Source: Chiloscyllium plagiosum
Taxonomy: Eukaryota
Direction of reading: 5' to 3'
Length of the DNA: 64,000 nt
NCBI RefSeq assembly: GCF_004010195.1
Contig: NC_057711.1
Coordinates: 3,481,931 to 3,545,930, forward strand
The translations under genes and the position numbers were made by a program. Shown in pieces: positions 38,703 to 51,059 of the stretch (its first letter is position 1; every line of letters begins with the position of its first letter). Below the pieces are notes generated by a model. The model was given only the letters and a program-made list of their open reading frames with translations. It did no database searches and was not told where the DNA came from.

Positions 38703-39247
38703 CTGAGGAAAGAACAAACATCAGAATTAATGAGATCAGAAGTCCTTGATTCAATTTGTTCCATTCCTTTCAACTTCACAATAAAATGAAGAATTAAAAA
38801 CTCCATTCATATCTCTAACAGGTCTCTCCCAGACATTCCCCTACAAGAGTCACCTCGATCAAAATGTCTCTCTACCTCTTAATTTAAGAATCCTAATCAT
38901 AAGATACTTAGAGATTAGGAAATTCATTGTACCTTCCCGAATTCATTCATGCAGAACCCTCCATCCATATTCTTTACATGAGATCAAGGATTTTACAGCC
39001 TCCCCCCCCCTCACTCTGTACAGCAAATACATTCAAAGTATTGACCACACTCTGTGTGAAGGAGAACCCCCTGGTGTCATTCCTAATGTAACCATTCATC
39101 AGTTCTAACCTGTGACCTTTGAAATGAGCACAGGTTAATTTAAACTCAGAGTCCAGATTAAAATTTTCTACACTGAGTAAAATATTTTTTGATACAGGTG
39201 GAGTGGTAATTCATGTGGCTCTTCACTGCATGAACTTTAAAGATGAG

Positions 39248-39910
39248 GTTAAACCAAATCATCCGCCGACATTTCCGCCACCTCCAAACAGACCCCACCA
39301 CCAGGGATATATTTCCCTCCCCACCCCTCTCCACCTTCCGCAAAGACCGTTCCCTCCGTGACTACCTGGTCAGGTCCACGCCCCCCTACGACCCACCCTC
39401 CCATCCTGGCACTTTTCCCGGCCATAGCAGGAACTGTAAAACCTGTGCCCACACCTCCTCCCTCACCTCCATCCAAGGCCCCAAAGGAGCTTTCCACATC
39501 CATCAAAGTTTTACCTGCACATCCACTCATATCATTTATTGTATCCGTTGCTCCCAATGCGGTCTCCTCTACATTGGGGAGACTGGGCACCNNNNNNNNN
39601 NNNNNNNNNNNNNNNNNNNNNNNNNNNNNNNNNNNNNNNNNNNNNNNNNNNNNNNNNNNNNNNNNNNNNNNNNNNNNNNNNNNNNNNNNNNNNNNNNNNN
39701 NNNNNNNNNNNNNNNNNNNNNNNNNNNNNNNNNNNNNNNNNNNNNNNNNNNNNNNNNNNNNNNNNNNNNNNNNNNNNNNNNAGCTTATCTCTCCACGCTT
39801 CAGGCTCTCTGCCTTTATTCCTGATGAAGGGCTTTTGCCCGAAACGTCGATTTTGCCTGTCTTCGGATGCTGCCTGAATTGCTGTGCTCTTCCAGCACCA
39901 CTGATCCAGA
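39248..39910 (+). mobile_element. Penelope-like element 3' part (GIY-YIG endonuclease), 15-bp TSD
   Basis: CKTC...IIYCIRCSQCGLLYIGETG. TSD aactttaaagatgag at 39233-39247 and 39911-39925. The empty paralogous site is at ~15052-15066. Confidence 0.92.
39821..39848 (+). ncRNA. Minimal hammerhead ribozyme motif (PLE-associated)
   Basis: CUGAUGA-A-GGGC-UUUU-GCCC-GAAACGUC. Confidence 0.65.
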
Positions 39911-41798
39911 AACTTTAAAGATGAGCTGAGAGACAAACTGATTCCTCATTCCCTCCTTTAAACAGGAATCCCCCACTTTCAAACCAGTTCGTCTTTTGCT
40001 CACAAGAGCAAATACCCTCTCAGAATCTGTCTTGTCAAGTCTCCTCAGAACCTTCTTTTTTTCAGTAATTTCTCCTCTAATATTTTTTCATTCAGTCATA
40101 GATGTCACTGACTCAGATGATGTGCATTTATTGTGCATCTTCGTTGTCCAGGAGAAGCTGCTTTCTTGAACTGCTGCAGCCCTGAGGTGTACGGGTTACC
40201 CACAGTAATTTTAGGGATGGAGCTCCAGGGTTTTGACCCAGCAACGCTGAACAAATGGCAATATGGTAAGAATGGAACCTGCCTACTCTGCATTGAGTGA
40301 GGCAGCAAAAACAATGAGAGCAGACACAGCCGTGTCAATCCTGTAAAATCCTCCTCATTAACATCTGGAAGCTAGTGCAAAAAGTGGAAGAGCTGCCTCA
40401 CAGACTGGTCAACTAACAGCCTCACATAGGCAAACTCATGGAATCATAACTCACAATGTCTCAGGCACCACCGTCGCCACTGCTGGATATTTCCTGTTCC
40501 ACTGGCAGGACAGACCCAGCAGAGATTGAGGCGTTGTGATATATAGTTGGGAGAAAGATGTCCTGTGAGTCTCCAACTTGAAATCCCCAACTGAAAGACA
40601 ACATTGTAATCCCAATGAACCACAATCTATGTAAACCCACCACTCCACCATTCCCATCAGGCTGGGACATTAATAAAGGGTCCATGTGAGTATGCTGTGA
40701 CCAACACCAGGCAAACCTAAAAATATGAGGTCAACATGCTGAAACTACAACCCCTAGGACTACTTGGTTGTCTAACAGCAGAAACAGCACACAATAGAGC
40801 CACCCCATAGCGAATGGATCAGATGGCTCTGCAGGCCTGCTGCATACTTTCCTGAGTGGTGGTGGACAGTTGCAGTACCAGCTGGTTCAGTACTGTTACA
40901 ACACTGGGATCTCCCCAACAATGGGGAAAATTACCCGGGTATGTCCTGTACACACAAAGCAAGGTGAGTCTGACCAGGCCAATTACCACCCCATCAGTCT
41001 ACTCTTGATCATCAAGAAAGTGATGGAAAGTGAGTGACTGCCCTTAACATTAAGGCCACATTTGAGCAGGTGTAGTGTCAATGAGTCTGAGTAAAACTAA
41101 AGCCAACAGGAACCTGGGGAGAAACCTCCATTGGTTTGAGTCATACCTGACACATGGGAAGGTGGTTGTGATTAGTCACTTCAGCTCCAGGACATCTCAG
41201 CAGAAGTTCCTCAGGGTAGTGCCCCGGTTCCCAACTCTCTTCAGCTGCTTCATCAATGACCTTTCCTCCACCATGAGGTCAGAAGTGGGGATGAATGTTC
41301 ACTGATCAACATGGGATATAGGAGAACATCACCACCTACAAGCTTTCTTCCAAGACACTCACCATCCTGATTTGGAAATATTTCATCATTCCTTAAGTGT
41401 CACTGAGACAAAATCCTGGAACTCCTTTGCCAAGCACATCATGAATATCCCTGCAGCTGAGGGAATGCAGCAGTTCAAGAAGGCAGCTCAACATTCCATT
41501 ATCCAGGGCAATTAGGGATGGTCAAAAAGGCTGACCAAGCATGTGTCACCCACATCTGCTTAAAACATTACAAGATAAATATAGTTCCAAGTCAAGATGG
41601 TGTGCATCTGCTGCTGTTTTTCATGGTGGTCATAGACGTCACAGTTTGGTAGGTACTGGTGGAGGAAATGTTGGTGTCTTCCTGCAGTGTATTTTGTAAT
41701 TATTTTTATTCCCAAAATGGTGTTAGGGTGGGATTTCCAGGATTTGAGTCAGTGACAGTGACAGAGCAGTGATATATTTTTTCTGCTCTCTTCTCAGA

Positions 41799-42810
41799 TG
41801 TGATGATATTGCTCCTTTAACAAGGTATGTTGTCCTTGGCTTTTTTTTTCCAGAGAGGTCATAAAAGGCACAGACTGCAAAAAGGCTAAGTTTGAAGGAT
41901 TTTATGGCCAGTTTGATTATAGCTAACAGATACTCCCTCAGGGAAAACATTTTCACATTAAAAAAAACACTTGTACAATGAAAAGCGGGTGGTCAGTTCT
42001 CCCAGCTCAGCTTCTTTCTGGTTTGACTTTTTTTGGATGGGCGGGGGGAGTCTTGCTATTCATTTAAAGCAATAAGGCAGTTTTGAAGCTGATCCTAGAA
42101 ATAGTTACATGATAGAGGGTGTTCCATGTTACCATCTCTCTCTCTCCGATAACTCTCCTATAAGACTCTCCTGTTAGACTGGCACAGTGGCTTGGTGGTT
42201 AGCATTGCTGCCTCACAGTTCCAGGACCCAGGTTTGATTCCAAACTTGAGCAACTGTGTGGAGTTTACACATCCTCCCCGTATATGTATGGGTTTCCTCC
42301 CACAATCCAAAGATGTTCAGGTTATGGTAAACTGACCATGCTAAATTACCAGTAGTGTACAGGGATATGTGCATTAGTCAGGGGTAAATGTAGAGTAATA
42401 GGATAGGGGTTTGGGTGGGTTATTCTTTGGAGGGTAAGTGTGGACTTGCTGGGCTGAATGGCCTGTTTCCACACTGTAGGGATTCTATGATGATGACCCT
42501 GTTTTTGACCATACCTTTTGTGCCAAGGGGTATTTATGGGGATTGTTGCAAGTTTTTGAAACAGTATCATTAAGTTGGGATAATCTGTTGGGTTTTCAGA
42601 TAGGTTAAGTTATTTGGTATTCTGTTCTCTTTTGCTGGTGTTTCATTCGGTAATTTGTAAATATATTCTGTTTTGTTTAAAACTAAGTGGTTTGGCTATC
42701 TGCACCTCTCCTGGAATATCCAGTCTATACCTGCTTAAAACAACTAGCAAAGTTAGTGTCTGAGGTACTTTCTTGAAATGTTCTGAGGGAGTCTGGCCTG
42801 GTCCTTAACA
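41799..42810. mobile_element. Solo LTR (TG...CA, 4-bp TSD caga) with nested HE1 SINE at ~42178-42495
   Basis: caga|tgtgatg...ccttaaca|caga. Absent from the paralogous site at ~16915-16925. Confidence 0.8.
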
Positions 42811-43663
42811 CAGACAGGTGGGGAGTATTGTGTCATTCTCCTGACTTGTCAAATAGGCTTTGGAGTCAGGAGGTCTGTTAATTCACAGGATTCCTAGCTT
42901 GTTTCCTGCTCTTGTAACCACAGTTTCATTTGCACTCCTGGGTTCACTTCTTGTCTACAACTGCTTGAGACATTGAGGGGACATATAAGAGTCAACCATA
43001 TCGCTGTAGGTATGGAGTCACATGTAGGTCAGACAAGGTAAGGATAGCAGATTTCCCTCCCTAAAGGACATGAATCCCCAGGTGGTTTTTATTTTATGGT
43101 GATGGATACATGGTCATTATGAGATTAGTTTTTTGTGCTTGATTTTTTTCAATTCAAATTTCAAAATCGGCTGGAATTGGAATCATTTGCAAGGGAATTA
43201 ACGTCTGGAGAAGATGTCTTCCCTCATTTTCTCCTCAGACCAAGAGAGAGGGGGATAGCAACAGTGAGGCTCTCAGCCAATGTGAGCTGAAGATTCCTTC
43301 ACCCTCAGACATGTTCATCCAATGAGGGCTCAGGAGATAAAAGTTTCTCTTTTCCTCACTTAATGCTGATAGAGCAGGGCTGTCACTGGTGGGAGTGTTG
43401 GAGCTTGGGTCTCGATGATATTTTCTCTGTTCTATATCCCAGAATGTCGAAGCTAGTTTAAATAGAGCAAATGAGTGAGTGTGTGAGAGACTGCAGGAAG
43501 TTTTAGAAATGGTGATGGAATGGTCTATACATTCCAGCCTATCTGACTATCTCCTGCCTCAGACCAACTGAAGAGCCCAGGACAAGGAACCAACCCGGAG
43601 CTCCCAGAACAAGTCCCTATTCAGTTATCTGGGCAGTGACACCATCTGAACATTGTTCCTCAC

Positions 43664-44047
43664 CTGTCACTTCCAAATATGTTCCCGTCGATGTTTGGAA
43701 ACTGCCAATAATGAGTTCCACATGACACTGAAATAAACCAGCATCCTTCTGGCTCAGTCCCTCCATCATTATTGAGGCATCTTTGTTGCTGAGGTTCCCC
43801 ACGAATCTGAATCGATTCCCACCGTCCCGCTGTCTCACATTCTCACACAGCTCACCCTGGGAATGGTCTGGACCGGGATATGTACAGTTAAAGATAACAC
43901 CTATGCCAGATTTAATCCATATGATGGAGCCGGTGAGTGGGAGATTAGTGTCAGGGTGAGTGAAGCTGCAGGGTAAGACAGCGGAGCCTCCTTCCTCAGC
44001 CCTCACGTCGTTTGCGACTGTTATTGACCAACCATGAGCAGAATCCG
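43664..44047 (-). CDS. Ig V-set exon A1, Siglec-15-like (F-strand Arg replaced by His)
   Basis: Acceptor tctcccctcacag and donor ACAG|gtgag; 384 bp, phase 1-1, open. Encodes WSITVANDVRAEEGGSAVLPCSFTHP...IIW...FNC...ELC...RFRFVGN...FQCHVEL...GTYLEVT, matching the Siglec-15 V-domain motif order from memory. Confidence 0.9.
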
Positions 44048-44177
44048 CTGTGAGGGGAGAGAGACAGCGAAAGAGAATGTGAACACAGCACAGACACCAA
44101 ACAGTGAAGTAAAACACTGAATGTATTATACAGTGAGAAAAGGTATAGTATCCTACAATCGTTGTTTATAAACCGAT

Positions 44178-44417
44178 CTGAGACAATGTAGAATGAGTTA
44201 TAGACTGCAGCACAACAGAGAGCTTCAGGTGCTTAATAGAACATAGAATATTACAGCGCAGTACAAGCCCTTCAGCCCTCAATGTTGCGCCGACCTGTGG
44301 AATCAATCTGAAGCCCATCTAACCTATACTATTCGATTCTTGTCCATATGCCTATCCAATGACCATTTAAATGCCTTTAAAATTGGTGAGTCTACTACTG
44401 TTGCATTTTGTAAACAT
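44178..44417 (-). pseudogene. Disrupted leader-like exon upstream of A1 (CR1 3' end inserted, donor GT changed to AT)
   Basis: Homologous to 18920-18983. ATGTTTACAAA is separated from the rest by a CR1 3' fragment (~44235-44405), and the donor position reads tctcagATcggt. Confidence 0.45.
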
Positions 44418-45359
44418 CCTGATGTTAGACTGTGGATGTTTGTTGCTGTTGTTTGAAGAGAGGGTTTGGTGCCTGAGAGTTTTCTGAACTCTCCATTGTT
44501 CCAGGAGACCCAGAGTGATCTGAAGAGCAGGACTCAGAGCCCTCCCTGCAGAACCTTTTCTATTTCCCATCACTTTCTACTCTATTACCCAGCCAGCCTT
44601 CTGCAAACTCGCTCTTTAATAATCATAGCAGAGGGATGGGATATGCGGTGGAGGTTCAGCAGAGGGAAATACACAGAGAAATAAATAGGGGGAATTGGAG
44701 TAAAAAGGTAAATTCATCATAGTCCCAGAGAACTGCTGTCTCTTAGAGAGAGATGACTGGTGATGATTTAACCTATGTGTCATTATGCTTCAGACAAGGG
44801 TCACAGTTGAGAAGGTGGGACCTTTATGGTCCCCTCAGACAGTATGGGAATTAAACCTGCATTGTTGGCGTCACTGTACACTGCAGACCAACTGTCCAGC
44901 CAACTGAGCTTACAGAACCCGGGAAGACAATCCAAGTAAATCCAGAAGGCAGTGTGAATATTGTCAAGTGAGGGCATAAGGCAGTGTGGCATAGCTGTAT
45001 GGCATTTACTTGTGAAGGCAGATGAGCTGAAGCTGTTGATTAATGCATGGGGATGTGATATTTTTGCTATCATAGAAATATAGTTGAGGGTGAGGCAGGA
45101 TTGACAGCACAATGTTCCAGGGTATACAATCATGAGATGAGACCTGTAGGGGTAGGGGGAATGTAGAATAGGTGGTGGTGTTGCAACATTTTTCAATGAG
45201 TCAATTACTGTAATAAGATGGATGATATCTTAGAATGTTCCTCAAGTGAGGCCACATGGTACAATGTAAAAACAAACCCCCATCACCACCCTCTGTCCCC
45301 TCTCGTCAAGTCAATTTTGTATCCAATTGGCATTCTCTCCCTGACTCCCATGTGATCTA

Positions 45360-48300
45360 ACTTTAATAATTAGTCCACCTGTGTAATCTTGATAACAGCT
45401 TTACTAAAATCCATGCAAACATTGTCCCCCCCCCTGCACTCATTGGTCTTTTTGGTTACTTCCTCAAAAACCTCTATTTAGCTTGTGGTACACGATTTCC
45501 CATGCATAAAGCCATGCTAATCAGTCCTTGCTTGTCCAAATATCTCTCAGAATTCTCTCTAACAACTTTTCCACTACTGATGTCAGATTCAAAGGTTTGT
45601 AGTTCCCAGGCATCTCCTCATAGTCTTTCTAAAATAAAGACACAACATTCACCACCCTCCATTCCTCTGGCACTTCACCGCTGTTAATGGATGATACAAA
45701 TATCTCTGTTAGGTGCCGCACAATTTCTTCCCTAACTTCCCACAATATTCTGGGATACATTTGATCAGGTTCCAGGGATTTATCCACTTTTATGTTTTAA
45801 GACCTCGACCATTTCCTCTTCTGTAACGTGTTCTGTTTTCAAGACATCAATATTTATTTCCCCGAGTCTCCTTGCCTTCACTTCCTTCTCCATAATAAAA
45901 GTTGGTGCAAAGTATTTGTTTACTATATCTGTCCCATCTCCTGTTGTTCTCCATATAGCCAACCTTGTTGATCTTGAAGAGACCCTATTCTCTCCCTAGT
46001 TGCTCTCTGGCTCTTAATTACCTTGTAGATTCTCTTTGGATTATCCTTAACCTTACCTGCCAAGGTTGCCTCATGTCCCCTTTTTTTCTCTCCTGATTTC
46101 CATCTTAAAAATGCTGCTATATCCCTTATACTCTTCAAGAGATTTACTTGATCGCACTTGTCAATACCTAATATATGACTCCTTCTTATTCTTGATGAAT
46201 AAAGGCTCAACGTCTTTATTCATCAATTGTTTTCTACTCTTACCAGCTTTATCCTTCACTCTAACAGGAACATAGTTCCTCTGAACTCTTATTATCTCAA
46301 TTTTGAAAAGCTTCTACTTGCCAGTCATCCCTTTACCTGTGAACAGTTCTACTCCAATCAACTTTTGAAAGTTCCTGTCTCACATCATCAAAATTTGCAT
46401 TTAAGAATTTAAATTTGCCAGTTAAGAATTTTAATTTTTATATAAAGCCCAAACTTTTCTATAACTGTTTAAAAACTGATAGAATTATGGTCAATGGTCC
46501 CAAAGTGCTCCTCCAGGAACACTTCAGTCACTTACCTTGCCTTATTTCCCAAGAGAAAGTCAAACATTGTTCCTTCTCCAGTATTTACATCGATGTATTG
46601 AAAATAATTTTTTCTTAAACACATTTGAATTTCTTACTATCCAAATCCTAAATACTATGACCATCCCAGCTTATGTTTGTAAAGTTAAAACCCCCTGCTA
46701 TCAGAACTCTATCATTCTTATATATTTATCTGGAAATGCAATCTCTCAGCATATTTGCACCTCAATTTCCCTCTGATTTTTGGGTGGTGGGGGATGGTAG
46801 TGGTGGTTGGGAGGGGGGTGGAGTTCTAGGTGCAGGTGCATATAGTACAATCCCATCAAGGTGATCATTCCTGAGGTTTCTCAGATCATAAGGGGCATAG
46901 GTAAAGTGAATAGCAAAAGGTCTTTTCTGGGTGGGAAAGTTCAAAACTGGGGAGTATATTTTGAAGCAAGCAGAAAAAGATTTCAAAGGGATGTGAGGAG
47001 CAACATTTTCACACAGAGAGTGGTTCGTATGTGAAATGAACTGTCCAATGAAGTGCGGCATGCAGGTACAGTTACAAGATTTAAAAGACCATAAGATCAT
47101 AAGACACAGGAGCAGAAATTAGGCCATTCAGACCATCATGTCTTCTGCAGCATTCAATCATGGATATGCACATCAATAGGAAAGGTTGAGAGGGATATAG
47201 ATCAAATGCAGGTAAATGGGAATAGTTCTGTTTGGGAATCTTGGTAAGCATGGACAAGTTGGACCAAAACCTGTTTTCATGCTGTATGACTCTATGACTC
47301 GATAACTATAAAACAGGTACAATCCTTATCAACCCCCAAACCAACAAGGAGAGATAGAAAGACAGAAATGTAAGCAAATCTCAGAGAACTGGAAAAATAA
47401 TAAGGTAATAACACAAGCTGATACCATCTTCCCCGATATTCAATTGGATAGACAACTAAAAATCTAGAGGGACTAGAATTCTTAAAATATGTCCAGGAGA
47501 GATTTTTAAGCCAGCACACGGAGAATCAGATAAGAGATGGGGTGATGCTAGATCGAATTTTAGGACACCACAGGAGAATGGTTGATGTGTCAGTAAGGAG
47601 CATTTCAATGATAGTGACTACAATTTTGGTAGATTTCAGGTAATTAGACAGGACAAAGTTCTGTTTGGGCATAAGGCTGATTTTAATAAGATGGGATCTG
47701 GTCAAAGTAGGTTGGAAGCAGCTACCTGCAGGATTGGAAAAAGAAAGAAAGGAAGTTTATGGGAGGTACTGAGTTGTGAAAACACCAGATGTCCTCAGAG
47801 TATAGAAAGTACAGAGGGTCAGTCAAGAAGAAACTAGGAGAGCAAAGAGGGGATGAAATAAAATACTATTAGGTAATATTAAGGTAAACCTGAGGGAATG
47901 TCATGTGTATTTAGGGGCAAGAGAATAACCAGGGATATTAGGGACCAAAATGGCAATCTATGCATTGGGCCAAAGTAATAGGTAATGTTTCAAAATAAAA
48001 TTTCACATCTGTATTCAGTACAGAGACAAGTAGAAAGTAGGTGCAGAAATCAAGGACGGGAATTGTGATAAGTGTGAACAAGGTGGCAGATAGAAGTTGG
48101 AAAAATTAATGGTTTTATCAGGCTTGAAAATGGCTAAATTCCCAGGCTCAGTTGAGATATATGTGGGACAAGGGAAGAGAATACAGTGGTCTGATATTAA
48201 TTTTCAAATCCTCTCCGGCCACAGGAGGGATGCCAGAGCGCTGAAGGACAGCTAATGTGGTACTATTGTTCAAGAAAGGTGGTAATGATACACCAAGAAA

Positions 48301-48515
48301 CTACAGGCTAGTGAGGTGAACATCAATGGTGGGAAAACTACTGGAAAAAATTTGGAGGAACAGAATGAACCACTACCTTAAGCAGTAAGGGTTAATCAAG
48401 GATAACTAGCATGGCTTTGTAAAGGAATTGGGATTTGATTGAATTTTCAAGGATGTATCTAAGTATATGGATGAGGGTAACACAATTGATATGGTCTACA
48501 TGGACTTCAGTAAAC
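45360..48515. mobile_element. Cluster of degenerate CR1 fragments (minus 45360-46865; plus 46870-47300 and 47310-48515)
   Basis: Eroded EN/RT motifs and CR1 3' tails. Confidence 0.75.
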
Positions 48516-50061
48516 TTCACTTAAGGATGTCTTGCACACTTGACTTTCTGCACATTCATCAGATAGGATTCTGTCTATTCCTCCATGAAATATGTTAACA
48601 TAAACAAATTCAGTGATTCTTTCTAGCCTTCCTTCTTGGAGTAGTGAAACAGTTTCAGACTTATTTTCCAGCTCTAATGGTCTGGAGAATTCTTTCCAAA
48701 TCTCAACCTGGAGACTTCTATAAATTCTTTTTTAAAAAAATGTACTTCTGCTGGTTTGACTTCTGTTCTTCTGAACTCAATCTACTAGTGGTAATTAACC
48801 ATCTGTTCCGATAGGCCGTAAAACTCAAATTTGTAAATGCTCATCAATTAACTCCCAGGTCACTTAGCTATAGGGACATAATTTGTCATAAATGCTGTCT
48901 TTACTTCACTGTTCCAGATCACATTCTGACCCCTTCTTTAAAAAAAAATCACTTTCACAAACTGAAAACTAAAATCTATTTCCCTCTACGTTTAAATCCA
49001 AGTTCTGAATTAATAATAATATTTTTTAAACTTCCATCACACGGTGCCCTCTGGCTCTTCATCTCTTCATGAGTGGATTTGATCTCTCTCCATCTACACC
49101 ATCCTGACCACTCATAATTTTAAACATATCAGTCAAATCTTCTCCCAGCCTTTCCTTCGGCCCAGATCCATTCTTAACCCATTATATAATGATGTCTCAT
49201 TATTTTGATGTCTCTAATTGTGCAGCTCGCCACAAGAGGAGACATTCTGTCTGTATCCACTCTATCAAAAAGTTGCACCATTTGAAATATCTCTGTCAGA
49301 TTATCCCTTCATTGTGCTCTTCTGTTCAATGCAAAAGTAATAGACATGCACAGGATCAGTGAAACAATAATGTGTGTTTTTGTTTGAGGGGAGTATTTTG
49401 ATTTACTGGAAGGGATTCCAGCATCACACCTTTTGACTCTGATCTCGAGCATCTGCAGTCCTCACTTTCTCCTCAGCAACATATATTGTCAATCTGACTT
49501 CTGTTCTGCTGCTTCAGATTGTCTAATAAGTCATGGAACCAATCCATTGTATCCTGACAGTTGTATGTAATGATTGGCAACAATTTAAGATGCATCCACT
49601 TAAGGATTATGTTATCACAACATTTTCTATGCAATGAATGTGAAAATTGACTCCCCACCTCCCCTTAAAGGGTCATCTAGTGAATTAGGTTCCATTAATG
49701 ATGACAATCACAGGTGGGGCCCTGAATAGACTGAAGGTGCTGAATAGACTGATGTGACTTGAACCCAGAGCTCTGCATAGCATGGACACTCTCTACTTGC
49801 CCACAAATATGTCCTACAAATTGAACGGGACAGAATCAAATGAAGCTCAATATCAATGTCACTGAGCTCACCAAGACCATAATACAGGCTTCCCATGACA
49901 ACCTCGCAAATCTCTCTCTTTTACAGCGCAATAAGTAACAATGCTGAAGCCAGAAGTAGCGAAACCAAAAGACACTGGAGAAGCTGCAAAAAATAAAGAT
50001 TGAATGGAATATACCAGATCGGAATGGTTCACGAGGAGATGCCAAGAGGGAAGATTGTTGG

Positions 50062-51059
50062 TTCTGGATTAGTGGTGCTGGCAAAGCACAGATGTTCAGG
50101 CAGCATCCAAGGAGCAGTAAAATCAAGTTTCGGGCAAAAGCCCTTCATCAGGAATACAGGCAGAGTACCTGAAGGGTGGGGAGATAAATGAGAGGAGGGT
50201 GGGGTGAGGAGAAAGTAGCATAGAGTACAATAGGTGAGTGGGGGTGGGGATGAAGGTGATAGGTCGGGCAGGAGGGTGGTGGAAGGTAGCAAAGAGTACA
50301 ATGGGTGAATAGGGGTGGGGATGAAGGTGATCCGGAATCCGTGTAGGATGAGTTGGTTACGGAGGCAGGCACTGAGGAAGCAAATGTGGCTGTGGTAGCG
50401 AGTCTGTTTCAGGACATGGTTGAAGAGCTTCAGGGCAGAGGAAATGACCTGGGAGTTGCAGTGGGAGAGGGATTCCTTGAGATTCTTGTAGAGAGAGGAG
50501 GAAAACTTCTTCAAGGCAGGCATCCTTGCAAGAGGATTCACNNNNNNNNNNNNNNNNNNNNNNNNNNNNNNNNNNNNNNNNNNNNNNNNNNNNNNNNNNN
50601 NNNNNNNNNNNNNNNNNNNNNNNNNNNNNNNNNNNNNNNNNNNNNNNNNNNNNNNNNNNNNNNNNNNNNNNNNNNNNNNNNNNNNNNNNNNNNNNNNNNN
50701 NNNNNNNNNNNNNNNNNNNNNNNNNNNNNNNNNNNNNNNNNNNNNNNNNNNNNNNNNNNNNNNNNNNNNNNNNNNNNNNNNNNNNNNNNNNNNNNNNNNN
50801 NNNNNNNNNNNNNNNNNNNNNNNNNNNNNNNNNNNNNNNNNNNNNNNNNNNNNTGTACTCTATGCTACTTTCTCCCCACCCCCACCCCCCTCTCATTTAT
50901 CTCTCCACCCTTCAGGGACTCTGCCTGTATTCCTCATGAAGGGCTTTTGCCTGAAACGTCGATTTTACTGCTCCTCGGATGCTGCCTGAACTGCTGTGCT
51001 TTGCCAGCACCACTAATCCAGAATCTGGTTTCCAGCATCTGCAGTCATTGTTTTTATCT
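50062..51059. mobile_element. Penelope-like element with inverted pLTRs (spans a gap), 13-bp TSD
   Basis: Arms at ~50062-50230 and ~50855-51025 are reverse complements. ggaagattgttgg at 50049-50061 and 51060-51072. Confidence 0.88.

Larger units (their letters stand above)
33200..45357. repeat. Segmental duplication copy 2 (contains exons A1 and B1)
   Basis: Examples: 37900-38340 matches 13710-14160, 39911-41790 matches 15052-16915, 44405-45357 matches 18973-19917. Confidence 0.9.

Noticed and set aside
14172-44047. Rearranging Ig/TCR/IgNAR V segments
   Set aside because: Each exon encodes a complete domain including the G strand and ends at a GT donor. No heptamer-spacer-nonamer RSS was seen after any exon.
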